A stretch of DNA of 64,000 nt from Callorhinchus milii (taxonomy: Eukaryota): NCBI RefSeq assembly GCF_018977255.1, contig NW_024704742.1:91204001-91268000 (forward strand). Direction: 5' to 3'. This document shows, in pieces, positions 24,603 to 37,807 of this stretch (the first letter of the stretch is position 1; each line of letters starts with the position of its first letter). Under the pieces are notes generated by a model. The model did no database searches. It saw only the letters and a program-made list of their open reading frames with translations, and was not told the origin of the DNA. A program made the translations under genes and the position numbers.

Positions 24603-25007
24603 TATTGATCCTTGCATTTCATTTAGTGCCTTTCAAGTTGGGAAGACGTCTCAAAATGCTACACAGAATTTACTATAAAATATAGTGTCTGTATATTTTG
24701 TAGGTGAACATAGCATCTAGTTTGGACAGAGCAATGTCCCACAAACAGTCATTAAATGAATAACTAATTTTATCTACAGAATTCTTGGCCAGACACTAAG
24801 AAACTCCCTTCTCTTTTCAAATTGTGCCTTGGGATCTTTAACATCCACCTGGACCTTGGTTTAATCCCCTCAGGGCAGAATCTCTGGCATTGCAGCGCAC
24901 TGCAAACGAGCGACAGTCGAAACATCAAATTCAAAATTCGACGTGGGGCTTGAACCCACATTCTTCTGACTCAAAAGTGAGTCATTTACTCAAGTCAAGG
25001 CTGACAC
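24603..25007 (-). mobile_element. Long Deu-type SINE
   Basis: Collinear with 33105-33530 and 43995-44392. Confidence 0.85.
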
Positions 25008-25809
25008 TTACTGGTGGAGCTTTGTATTGTCAGAGGTGTTTACATAGTGCTTTGTGGGACTTGTTGTCTCAAAATGGCTGCCACATTTGCGTACCAAAAA
25101 TTATTACACTTGAAAATAATTACTTGTGAAGGACTTGAGATGTTTTGATAATGAGGCACCAATCATCCAAGGGTTTTGCTCATCTTGGATACTGGAATCT
25201 GAGCAGAATTCCAGTAGCCTATTGCTCTGGTATTGCCGTACAGGGTCTACACGACTTCTATTTTTGAAAATATAGAATCTCAAGTGAAGAACCGATCTTT
25301 CTCCTTTGCTGAAAGGGTCTAACACTTTGTTCTGTGCCCCCATTGAGGTGCCTGCCTAACATATTCATGGAGGTCAATTTATGTCAATGTTCAAAGGTTT
25401 CAAAAGCAGTACATTGTTGAGAGATTCCCATGCTGCTTGTTGAGGCACTGGAGCTCAACAATACTGTCAGTTTACAACTTCATGGAACTCTGTATAATTC
25501 TTGCCTTGCAGCTCAGATTTCTTGCATGTGATGAGTTGTAGGGGCAATTCCACTCCGCTGACTGCAAAACTCTCTTTATTTTCCTTTGAACTCTCAACAC
25601 AAAAGCAGTAAAAATATAGTGTAGAGCAAAGTAATCCAAACTTAGCAGCACATCAAACTATTTCTGAAATCTGGATTCGTACACTTAAATCTTAAGGTTG
25701 AGTTTTAAGTTATTGATTGAATTCTCCAATGGTTGTATTTCACATTTTGGCAAGTGATTAAATCAGGATAGAACGTCCTTAAATTATTAAAAACCTTCAC
25801 TAAACCCCA

Positions 25810-26220
25810 GCTCTGACCTCCCTAGCTTTTCTCTATCAACCTCACCAAAGCGTGCACAACCAGCCTTGTCATTCAGTTTAATTCTCAGCTCTTCTTTCCT
25901 CCTCACATTTGGTACCTAACCAAAACCGCTTTTCTTCTTCACCTCTGCCACACTGCCCACCTCCACCTCACACAAAAGGCTATTGAAACCCTTATTCACG
26001 CCTCTGTTACCCGCCATATCGATTATTCTAACACACTTCCCATTGGTCTCCCCAGATCCACAGTCTCCAGCTCATCTGAACTCGACCACCTGATTTCTCA
26101 TCCATAGCAAACTCTGCATGCCCATCACCCCACTCCTCACCACACTACAGTGGCTTCCACCAAATCAATGTCAAGGTCCTCACCTATAAGTCCATTTACA
26201 TCCTCGTACCTCCCTGTCTT
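25810..26220 (+). mobile_element. Highly degraded L2 fragment
   Basis: gaaacccttattcacgcc (ETLIHA), cccatcaccccactcctcacc (PITPLLT) and tggcttcc motifs. Confidence 0.7.
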
Positions 26221-26464
26221 GGACCAAGGAAAGAATGGCAGATTTCCTTCTCTAAAGTACATTGTAAGTTTGATTTTTACAATAATTTGCAAAGAATGTA
26301 CACCATGAGAAGAGGCCACTTGGCCCAATCAGTCTGTACCAGTATTTATACAGTACTTTGCATAAGTTTCCAACCATTTATTACTCTATCCTATATCCTT
26401 CTTCTCCACTCCCTCATGTGAAGGTCCAGCTTCCTCTTGAATGCATCTATACAAAATTTATACT

Positions 26465-26702
26465 ATGAGATATTGCTGTGTGCAAATTAGCTGCCACATT
26501 TGCCTGCAAAATCCAGTCACTACACTTTACAGTGAACCTGATGAAGCACTTTGAGATGTTCAACCATATAAGGTACCTCAACAACTATAAGGATTATTAT
26601 TATATAGTCAAATCACTTTACAGTATATTCTGTGTAGCACTTTGAGATGTCTCAATGACGTGATAAGGCGCTATATCAAATGCAAGAATTATTATTACTA
26701 TT
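26465..26702 (+). mobile_element. Two tandem 5'-truncated SINE tails
   Basis: gaagcactttgagatg...ggattattatt followed by gcactttgagatgtctc...gataaggcgctatatcaaatgcaagaattattatt. Confidence 0.8.
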
Positions 26703-27363
26703 AGTAGTAGTAGTATTACCCTCAATTTTTATTATAAGGTAACAACCTATGTTTGGTTGTTTTCAATATCCATGCCAGCTTGCAGGTTAGTCCAAGACAC
26801 TGGTTCTCATTAATATCAATTAATATCAGTGGAGTGATCTGAGGCAATCCTCATGCAAGTTGTAAATATTGTCAGCTTGTTATTTTGTTAAACAAGCATC
26901 AAATATGTTACAGGTAGATTCAAACACTGTTTGTGATCGATGTGCTAAAATTGATCAGAGTAGAGGAAGGGTGCACCAACTCATTTTTATGCAAATCTTT
27001 TTGTGGAGGTGTATATTGTTGTGTTGTGCTGTGAATATGATTTTGTTTTATTGCTACAAGTGAACAAGTGCTTTGAATTTTTCTTCTTGGTAAAATTTAA
27101 ATTAATTTATTTTCTTCTAATTAGGTCCCTGTGGCTAATCCTCAGTAGCAGAATTAGCAAGTCCTGAAAAAGTATATAACAAAATTCAGATTTGTTTTTG
27201 AGACGAATGGTGCTTGGAGAATTAATTCAGACTTCAGTCACATTTGCATGTCCTTAGAAATGGCATCAAACTGCATCTGAGATAAATTATAATTAATGTT
27301 TCTGAATTATTAAAGAGGAATTTCTTTTTGAAATAAGTTGATTGTCAAGCCTTTTTTGAATCA

Positions 27364-27591
<228 letters not shown>

Positions 27592-28063
27592 CTATAAAAC
27601 AAACAAGTGCGTTATATGTCACATTCGCCAAAGTATTTCATTAATTACAACATTTACTGGTTTGGTCAGCTGGGTATCTGATATATGCAGAAACCTATCA
27701 CCGTGCTTTAAAATGTCCACCTAAACGACCTAGAGTTCCATATATTATATGCATGCTTTCTGTTTGTCTGGTAATGGAGTGCACAATCTCTCCCCAGAAG
27801 GATGAACCTGCTTTCCTAATCCTGTAGAGAGCAAGTTGAACCAACGTGTGGGGAACTTGCAAGTGTGCATTGAGTACATTGCTGGAGTTTAACTAGCTAA
27901 AACCATAGACCTTATCATTGTGAACAATGACAAGTTTCCACTGCTTGTTCAGCTAGGGTAGATCTACCAGTTAAGGCTTTGGATTGCAGGGTTATGATCC
28001 TGATATCAATGATTTGGATCAGGAAATAGAAATTAACATATCTAAATTCACGGATTATACGAA

Positions 28064-28974
28064 GATAGGTGGGAGAGTAAGCTGTGAGGATGACACATGA
28101 AGAATGCAAAGGGAAATAGACAGGCTAGGTGAGTGGGCAAGAAGGTGGCAGATGGAGTGCAACGTGGGGAAGTGTGAAGTTATTCATTTAGGTAGTAAAA
28201 ATAGAAAAGCGGATTATTTTCTAGAGGGGGAGAGACTAGGTTGTGTTAGTGTTCAGAGGGATTTGGATGTCCTTGTACACCAGTCACAAAAAGTTAGTTA
28301 GTATGCAGGTATAGCAAGCAACTAGGAAGGCTAATGTCATGTTGGCGTTCGGTGCAAAAGGGTTAGAGTACAAGAGCAGGGAAATCTGTTGCAGCTGTAG
28401 AAGGCCTTGGTGAGACCGCACCTATAATACTGTGTGCAGTTTTGATCTCCTTACTAGAGAAAGGACATACTCGCCTTAGAGGGGGTGAAGCGTAGATTCA
28501 CTAGGTTGATTCCTGGGATGAAGGGGTTATCCTAGGTTGAGTAAACTAGGCCTATATTCTCTAGAATATAGAAGAATTAGAGGTGATCTTATAGAAACCT
28601 ATAAGATTCTTTAGGATCTTGACAGGATAGATAGTGAGAGACTGTTTTCCCTGGTTGGAGAATCTAAAACTAGGGGTCATAGTCTCAAGATTAAGGGTCA
28701 GGCTTTTCAAACTGAGTTGAGGAAACATTTCTTCACTCGGAGAGTAATGAATTTGTGGAATTCTCTACCCCAGAAGGCTGTGGATGCTCAGTCCTTGAAC
28801 ATATTCAAAACTGAGATTGATAGATTTCTAAAGGACAGAGGGATTAAGGGATATGGGGATAGTGCGGGTAAATGGAATTAGGTTAGAAGATCAACCATGA
28901 TCTTCTTAAATGGCGAGGCAGGCTCAAGGGGCCAAATGGCCTACTCCTGCTCCTACATCTTATGGTCTTATGGT
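28064..28974 (+). mobile_element. CR1 LINE, 5'-truncated (about 0.9 kb: ORF2 C-terminus and 3' UTR), with stops and frameshifts
   Basis: MQREIDRLGEWARRWQMECNVGKCEVIHLG...QRDLDVLVH; 3' UTR gggccaaatggcctactcctgctcc and (cttatggt)2 tail. Confidence 0.95.
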
Positions 28975-30314
28975 TAAAAAAAGCTGTATGCCAAGAATCC
29001 CAGATCCCAATGACAAAACCTTCTAACAAGTCATTAAACATCTGACAAGTACCAGTCTCAGCCCTTCTTATGTGGATAGTAAGTGCCAGCAATGCTAGTA
29101 AAAATGTACATACTGTTGTTGAAATATTTGAACCTTATTCTTCAGTGTACATTCATTGCATTTAGAATTTTCACAAGCCAAAGCCTGATTACATATCACA
29201 AGAGCACAGAATCTTCAGTAATTTTACTTGTACATTGAAAGTGTTAGAAATTATTACATTTAAGGTGAGTTTTCCCTCTTTTCACACTAAGATTTTTACT
29301 TGGGTTATTAGTCTCTTACGTGCAATGGTACCTCATATTAAGCCCGGTTATGCAGTTCAACACTCATTGCTGTTCACCCAGATTTTTAGCCACTATGTAA
29401 AATCAAACTCTGTAATTTCCTTCAACACTACTGACCCAGCCACATTTTAATCCCAGTCAGTTGCCTAAAGCACCTTGAGATGTGAAAAGTGCTATATTAT
29501 TTTAAATTATATATTTTAAAAAATCTAAATTGTTGTTGCCTAGCACCTTTGCTTGACAATGCGAAGAAAATCTTAAATATAATAAAATTCCATTAAAAAA
29601 TCTTGATTCCAGAAAATACTTAAAAAAACTCAGCAATCATTTATCTTGATATGGAGGTCCAATAGGCAACACTTTCTAACTGGATTTCTTAATAAGGATT
29701 CTAACTGGGAATCCCTCACAGTAACTAACAAGTGCGACCTATGGGGAACTCCACTCCAAAGTGAATTCCTTGGAATAGATTTCCCACTAGTCAGAGAGAT
29801 GTATTTCTGGTTTCCTCATTAAAGCATCCCATTTGAAATCATTTTATTATATCTCATTAAGACCTAGAATTCAAAACTCATCCTTCATCTGTGGCTAACT
29901 GGTACAAAATAAAATTCTATTTCAGGAAAGTACAAAGTTATCAAGTAAATTATACACTATGAAGATTTTCTGGATAGTTATTGCTAACTTCGGGGAAGCA
30001 GCAAGCAGCATTAAAGAGACTTCTGCATTCAAGATATTTTCACTAAAAGCAAATGAAAAGAATGTTTAAAGATGTATATAAGTAACAAAAAAGTAACGCT
30101 TTGTGGCGGAAATGGTTCCTCATGAGTTATTAGATCATTTTAATTTCTGGAATATTTAAAGCAACATTATGTAGACATTGCATGTTTTATTTCTAGTAAT
30201 TTTTAAAAAGATTTTGCATTTATTCATATTGCATTCTATTTCATCATATTTAAAGAGATATAGTGACATTTTCATACCTTTGAATGATATTCTATGCAAT
30301 TTCCAGTTGCTTTT

Positions 30315-30960
30315 TTAAATTTCCATTTCCAACTTCAAGGTCCTCATCCTTATCTATAAATCCTTTCATGCCCTAGTATCTCTCTTATCTCTGTAACTTT
30401 CTCTTACCTCAACCTGCGTGCCCCCCCCCCTCTTCTCAGTTAACTTGGGCCTGTTCCGCATCTCCCATGTAGTATCACTTTAAGAGTAAAAGGACAATTA
30501 AAAAGAGCCAATGAGATAAAGACAGGAAGTACATAAGGACACTGGGAGAGGAACAAATTGGTGTGTTTATGGTTAGTGGACTGGAGATTTTTGAGAAGAG
30601 AATAAAGAAACTTAAGATCACGCTCGTACTTTAGCACTCTGGGATGCTATATTTTGTGAGGGGCTCTACATAAATTCAAGTTGTTGTTGTTCAGATTGTG
30701 TATAATTACACCAGCTTTCTCCATGCCACCATTGGTAAGAGAGCCTTCACCTACTACACTCTAACCTCTGAACCTCCCTCCATCTACTCCTCCATCTAGC
30801 CCTCATTCTATCCATCTTCAAACCTTGCCTGAAAACCTATCTCTGACCTGCTCAGTCACCTCACCCTTTCCCCATACTCAGCACCCGATCCTGTCCTTGT
30901 GATACACCCTGAGATATTATCTTATGTGAAGGGCATTATACAAGTGCAAGTTGTTGTCAA
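30315..30960 (+). mobile_element. L2 3' fragments (two tails)
   Basis: ttcaaggtcctcatccttatctataaatcc (FKVLILIYKS); tails taaattcaagttgttgttg (30670-30690) and caagtgcaagttgttg (30940-30957). Confidence 0.7.
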
Positions 30961-31529
30961 TCTTGAACTTGACGACTCATCAATAAATGCCCAAAGCAGA
31001 AAGGAATCACAATCCTAATTGCCTTATTATTCACTTATTCTTTAAGAAAACATGTATTTAGGAATTGATTATCGACAAAACAAAACACAGTATATTTTGA
31101 TACCTAATTTCCAGCCCAAATATCTATTCACAATTGCTATTACTACCTTGTTGCTAGTCATTACACTGTCTTTTCTTGTCTTTACTGCAATAATTTCATA
31201 GCACTATCTAAATTAATAATAATTATTGCCTTTGATATAGCGCCTTATCACATCATTGAGACGTCTCAAAGTGCTTCATATTTTAAAGTGGATCGACTGT
31301 ATTTTGTGGGTGAAAATATCAGGCGATGCTGCAGTAGATTTCCAAAGGGTATATTGCGTTTGAAATTAGCAATAGCACATCTAATATTTTCTTTACTCAT
31401 AGCAATTTACAGAAAGAGATCAAAATCAATATTGTAACCTTCAAAGCAGCCAAACTTAGATCAAAAAAGTGGCAAATATTTACTTACAGGAAGAGTATTA
31501 CAAAATCACAAGGGATGTTCAAATGTAAA

Positions 31530-32000
31530 ATGGCATTCGGCCCATTTAATCTCATCCTTCCACAGAGTCTTTCCTACAGTCCCTCCATCTCTCTTTACAC
31601 TATTAAGATGTTATTTAAATGTCTAGTGCCCTGGCCTCACTTTCACTTTATAACCTGTCCCAATTAATGATAACCTCTGTGAAGTAAAATATTTTTTACT
31701 GGCTATCCTAAACTTGTTTTTCACAACTTTGAACTGTGTCCCTCTTATCCAGCTACCTTGGCATATCTGAAAATATTACTCCATATATACATTACATTCA
31801 TAATCTAGTGAAACTTCTATGAAAAGCCTCTTTTCTGAACTCAAAAGTCCTGGTTGCTCTTCACAGATGCTAACTCTAACACAGGTTGCACAACATCATT
31901 GCTCTCCTCTGCACTCGCTCTAAGACATGGGTCACAGCGATCAGAATACTACATAGTACTCCAGGTACAGCCTAACCACAAAACCATACAGCTTGAACAC
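31530..32000 (-). mobile_element. Degraded CR1-like fragment
   Basis: cagaatactacatagtactccagg...cctaacc on the minus strand reads as a VR..LEYYV.F-type CR1 motif; ggcattcggccca 3' UTR motif. Confidence 0.6.
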
Positions 32001-33104
32001 AATATCTGGGGAACTGGACTGATTTGCCAATATAGCCCAGAATCCTATTCACCCTGTTTATTGCTGCTTTGAACTGTTTGGGCATTGTGTGTCAGCCTGG
32101 CTCAATTGGTTACATTCTCACCTCGAAGTCAGAAACTAAACTCCATCAGTAACCCAATGCATACTCTAGGGCCCCCAAGCCTTGGCAACCTTTGCCGAAT
32201 ACAGCAGTTTCCAAGATTAGATGAACAGCATGCTCCCTCTGGGGAGAGTGCACACTCTAGTCCACACAAAGGGTAATTTCCATTCTTCAGCAACAGTAAT
32301 TTCAGTAACTCGCAGTAGTTTGGTTTGGGTACTCTTGATCATGGCGATGAGTTTCCAAGTGTGTCAGATACTAGGCAGATCATAAAAAATTATCTAGATA
32401 AGGTATAAAACCTACACAAAGGGGCAACTGTAATTATCAAATTAATTGTGATTTTTTAATACTAATTAAGATTTTTTTAAAACATTTCCTTCCTACAAAT
32501 AGAATATGAAAGGCCAAAAAGTGAGTAACCTATTTTGTAGCTGTTTTATTAGAAAATAGTTCTTGTTCAACATTTCTCTGAGAAAATGTATGCAGTAAAA
32601 TTTGCTGCGAATCACTAATAGTATTGCCATGTGTGTCAGACCTTTGTTTTCAGAGTACCTGTGTTAACAAACAAAGCCTGTACTGTAAAAGCAGCATGAA
32701 TAAATCAAACTAGTAAAAAATTTATGCGCACTTCAAGAGACATTCTTTTAAACCCCAATTTAAATGGACATCTCGGATATGAAATAGATGTGAGATAGTC
32801 TGTTGAAAGTTTAAAAAAAGGACAAAACACAAGGTAGTTGTCAAAATGGGGAATGTCAAAGTGCTCCTTGTTGACATAGCGGGAAGCTTGCCTGAAGCTG
32901 TTTGTAATGGTAAGTGCAGGATATATAAGCACATATCTATGAATCTGGACTCTGGGTAATGCCTTCCAGCAACCTTCCTCCCAAGCCTCAGTTTCTCATC
33001 AGCTACTCAATGATATCTTTCAGCATGGCGGGTGAATTTATATAGATCAACTTTGTAGAGTGCCAGCTGCCCTACGTTCTAGAGGTAAAAGACCAATGCC
33101 GAGT

Positions 33105-33530
33105 CATACTTGCATTTGATATAGTGCACCAAGATGCTTCAAAGCATTTCACAGGATTTACTTTGAAGTTTAGTCACTGTGTAATTTGTAGGCAAACATG
33201 GCAACCAATTTGTGCACAGCAATGTCCACAAACAGCCATGAAGTGAATGACCAATTTTATTTGGGGGATTGTTGGCCAGAACACCAGAGAAAACTGCCTT
33301 CTCTTTTCAAATAATGCCACAGTATCTTTAACGTCTACTTGAAGAGGCAGACGAGACCTTGGTTTAACACCTCATCTAAAGTCCGACACCTCCAACAATG
33401 CAACCGCACCTCGAGCACTGCACCAAAGTGCTAGCCTAGACTGTGAGTTCAACGACACAATGGAGAGCTTGAACCCACAATACACTTTTCTGACTCAAAA
33501 GTGAGAGACCTACCAAGTGAGCCAGGCTTA
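33105..33530 (-). mobile_element. Long Deu-type SINE
   Basis: Tail cttgcatttgatatagtgc, Deu-like body, tRNA-like head ending ccaagtgagccaggct. Confidence 0.87.
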
Positions 33531-33589
33531 CTAAACCAGGTTGACTCAATAGAACTACTTAATCTAATTTCTTATGACATTCTATCTGT

Positions 33590-34412
33590 GACCAGGGCTC
33601 CTTTTGCCTCCTCGTACTCCTGGATCTCTCTGCTGCATTTGACACAGTCGACCACGCCATCCTCCTCCACCGCCTCTCCTCCCTCATCTACCATAGTGGA
33701 CCCGCACTCACATGGTTCGAGTCCAACTTAACCAACCGCCTCCATTTCATCTCAGCAAATGGTTTCTCCTCCCTCCCCTGCCCTGTCACCTGTGGGGTAC
33801 CCCAGGGCTCCATCCTTGGCCCTCTTCTTTTTCTTATCTAACTGCTCCTGCTGGGCAACGTCATCCGCAGACTTGGGATAAACTTTCACATGTATGAGGA
33901 TGACACACAAATCTACTTTGCCTCCTTCAGTACCAATTCCAGTTCCGCCGATGTTCTAGCAGCTTATTTGGCAGACATCAAGGCCTGGATGAGTGTAAAC
34001 TTCCTGCAGCTGAATATGGATAAGACGGAAACGATCGACTTCAAGATCCTCACACTCGTGTTCAAATCCATTCACTCTCTGGCACCTCATTACCTCTCGG
34101 AGCTCCTCATTCCCCAATCCACCACCCGGTGCCTCCGTTCAACTGGCACCGGCCTCCTGCTCATCCCTCACACCCTCCACCCACATTGGAGGATGTGCTT
34201 TCAGCCATTACGCCCCAAAACTCTGTCTTCCTCAATCCTTCTGCCTTGCACCCTCTCTCCCCTCTTTCAAGTCCTGCCTGAAAACGTTCCTGTTCAACCA
34301 TGCTTACGGCCACCTCCCCCTGGCTCTGAGTCAGGCTCACCACTGTTAGGCGCTCTGAGATGCTACCCTGCGTGGAGGGCGCTATATAATTGCAAGTTGT
34401 GTTGTTGTTGTC
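33590..34412 (+). mobile_element. L2 LINE, 5'-truncated and internally deleted
   Basis: [37 protein letters not shown], then DKTE joined directly to IDFKILTL; (TTG)n tail. Confidence 0.92.
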
Positions 34413-35499
34413 GTCATGTGAGTTTGCCTTGGCAAGAAGCCATAACCACTGTGAAGTCCATTATGCCTCAAAAGGTGCTGAGTCATAGGTCAGGGAAAAG
34501 AGAAAATAGATAAGTCTATTTTATGTATTGTGACAGGTTAATTCAATAAAATTATGACCACTTTCTTGACTCATATTGGCTTGGCTTAGAGCACAAAAAT
34601 GGCAAACACCAGAATCAAATTTAAACCTGCTGAATTTCACCCGAAGATTTCTGTAAACTTGTCCATTTTACAATATGATCAAACTACTAGTTTCCTGAGC
34701 TTAATTAGTCCCCGATGTTCCAGCTGCTAAACATTCCCAACAGTCTTGCGTGTGCAACATTTAAAAATCAGTATAAGAGACATGGAAAGAATGTTTGCCT
34801 TTGGCTTAGTTGGCACAACTACATTTCTGAGTTCACCAAATACAAGTTTTGCAGAAACCCTATGAAAATGAAGATGCCTTGTGCTAGCTGGACAATATTG
34901 TTTCTGCAAAATAAAAGTCATGATTTGGAAATCAAAACAAAAAGCTACAACAGCAAGTTGCTCTAACAATTCCTTTTATACAATATTTGTCTAAGTATCC
35001 ATTACTGAACAAGTGATGGTAATTCAACAATTTAACATTGTGGTACATATAGTGACATGCACAGATGGCTCAGCTGGTAAAGCCACGACATAGTGCGAAA
35101 TGAGTTTCACACAAACAGAAGGTCCAGGTTTTGAATTGGGTCAAAGCCAGAGAAGCAGCGGGTTTATTAAAATTGACCTCAGGCTTACTAGGATAAGTGC
35201 TTTAAGACGTTTTCCCAACGTGAAAGGTGTTATACAATAGAAATTGTTATCGTTGTAGTAAAAAGGGAGTTTCTCCAATTTCATGGGCAACATTGGCATT
35301 CACTTCATGGCTGTCTGTGGGACATTGCTGCGTACAAATTGGCTGCCACATAGACCTACAAATAACTTGCTAACCACACTGGCAGAAACCATAACCCCTG
35401 GAAAGCGATTTGCTTTACCAGGAAGGACTTCATAGAATCATGGAAACTTTAATGCATAAAGAGCCCATTCAGTACACACCGCCTGCACTTCATCTCCAC

Positions 35500-36615
35500 A
35501 AACGACTTCTCCTCTAGCCCTTGGACCATTTTGTGCGGCGTTCCTCAGGGTTCTGTCCTTGGTCCCCTCCTCTTCAATATCTATATACTCCCTCTTGGTT
35601 ACATCATCCGCAAACATGGGGTCAACTTCCACATGTATGTGGATAACACCCAGCTCTACCTCTCTGCCTCCACCCTTGACTCCAGGACCACTGCTGTCCT
35701 GACTGAATATCTGTTGGAAATAAAGTCCTGGATGAGAACTAACTTTCTTCAGTTGAACATCAACAAGATTGAGGCTCTCCTGATTGGCTCCTGTCAGCAC
35801 CTCCCCACCTCAGGCACTGACAGCATCACCATCTATAGTTGCACACTCCACCCTGGTTAAGCCAGTCCAGAACTTTGGAGTTTTGTTTGACCCTCAACTA
35901 TCCCTTTTACCCCACATCTGTGCCAAGAACCGCTCTGCCTTCCCCCACCTCTGCAACATTGCCTGGCTCCACCACTGTCTCACACCGCAGGCCGCCGATA
36001 ACACTCATACATGCTTTCTTACACTGAGGCTCGACTGTGCAAACTCATTGCTTGTCGGCCTCCACAACTCCTACGTCCATAGGCTGCAGATCATCCAGAA
36101 CTCTGCAGCCTGTGTCCTCTCCTGCATCAGGCTCCGCGACCCTATCACCCCCATCCTCACCCGACTCCACTGGCTTCCCATCATACAAAGGATACAGTTC
36201 AGGATCCTGGTCCTCATCTTCAAAGCCCTCCACAGTCTTGCTCCCCCAACCTCTGTGACCTCCTAACCCCCTGCTCCTGTTCACTCCCTCTGCGCAGAGG
36301 CCTCCGGCTTGCTTCACTTCCCCTAGCTCACCCACCCCACTATTGGCAGGCGGGCCTTCCGCCACTCTGCCCTCACCCTCTGGAACTTCATTCCGCAGTC
36401 CCTCCGTCTTGCCCCCTCCCTTGCCACCTTCAAGACCCATCTCAAGACCCTCCTCTTCGACCGAGCTTTTGATCGCCTCATTTCCTTCCTTGCTCTCCAC
36501 CCTGCCCGACCCCAATCCCCAGCTCGGGTCCGTAACTCTCTCTGTCCAGCGCCTTGGAACATCCTCACGACGTGAAAGGCGCTTTGCAAATGTCATTTTG
36601 CTGCTGTTGTTGTAG
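35500..36615 (+). mobile_element. L2 LINE, 5'-truncated (about 1.1 kb), frameshifted
   Basis: [17 protein letters not shown]...[20 protein letters not shown]...LQIIQNSAA...LHWLP; tail gtgaaaggcgctttgcaaatgtc...tgttgttg. Confidence 0.95.
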
Positions 36616-36829
36616 CTATTTGCTGGATTTAAAAAAAAGGGAAAGTCAACCCAACATTTTCCTGTACACCTCTTAACAGCTGATAAGAAGATGTGATACC
36701 AGAGGCTGAGAAGCAGTCATCCAACCTGCTTTTTTGGCCAGGAAATGACATATGGATTAGGGGAAAAGTTACAAATAAACCTACAGTCAAGTTACAACAT
36801 AAATGCAATATCAATGCAGATGCATGCAA

Positions 36830-36990
36830 GTACATTATAATATGTATTATAATATATTATTATATGTACATATATACATATATATATATGTATATGTACA
36901 TACATATTATTATATGTACATTATAATATATTATTATATGTACATGTAAGTACATTTAAGTTTAATTTTAATTTAATTTAAGTTTAATTT
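36830..36990. repeat. AT-rich low-complexity tract with TATATGTACA-type quasi-palindromes
   Basis: Repeated tatatgtaca and ttataatatatta units read directly. Confidence 0.85.
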
Positions 36991-36998
36991 TCTAAATA

Positions 36999-37807
36999 CA
37001 GTAGAACCTCACTAATATGGTCACTCAAGTGACAGAGCAAAAGTGACTTACTTAGTAAGGTGACCTGATAACTGAAACAGGTCAGGTGAATCAGATCACT
37101 GATGTAATGTTAAGGGCAATGCTAATGGGCAAGGATGATGAACATTCAAGAACCATACTTTGCAATCTCATGAAAATAAAGGCATTGTCAGATTTAAAAC
37201 AAAAGCTGTCATGTATTCAGCCTATCTTTACAGAATGTATCCAACTTGTCTTCTGCCAGTGCCATAGATCACAGTTAACTGTCTATGACTTTTGCTCTTA
37301 CTGTTTTTGATTAAGTCCACTCTCTCACGTAAGGACAACTCCTTCCGTGGTGGCATGTTTACAACACTTGTCAACAGTCACTAAATCAAAACAAACAGCG
37401 TACACAGAAACCATGTGCTCTGAAGACAGCATTTACCAAGAATTGGCCACAGGAGATCAGTTTAGGCCACGGACGTCGGGCGAAGTCGATTTTCCGCTCA
37501 CGCCGCTTCCACGATCCCAACGCTGCCCGCGTCACGCAAGCGCATCCAGACCCTGCCCAGCGTCAAGCAAACAGAGCAAGGAGCCCGATGCCTAGCGCAC
37601 TGTGTACTGTACAAGTTAGTAGCGGAGTGGGATGTTTGTACCGGAGGAGAGCGCTGTAGCGGCCGCAATCAATGACCATTGTCCTGAATAGTGAGGTGCC
37701 CGGTTTACTGAAGCAGACGGCCTATATTCTAACATTGACAATGAAAGCATGTCTGCAATTGTGAGGTGGCTGGATTACTGAGGTGACCGCAAACCGGGTT
37801 TCTACTG
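36999..37807. mobile_element. pogo/Tigger-like (Tc1/mariner) non-autonomous DNA transposon, 809 bp
   Basis: TA|CAGTAGAACCTC ... GGGTTTCTACTG|TA with both TA flanks intact; repeated subterminal gaggtg(a/g)c motifs; no transposase ORF. Confidence 0.85.

Noticed and set aside
29700..29790. NF-kB-like site cluster (gggaatccc, ggggaactcc)
   Set aside because: Only one full consensus match; not distinguishable from chance or an old repeat without conservation data.
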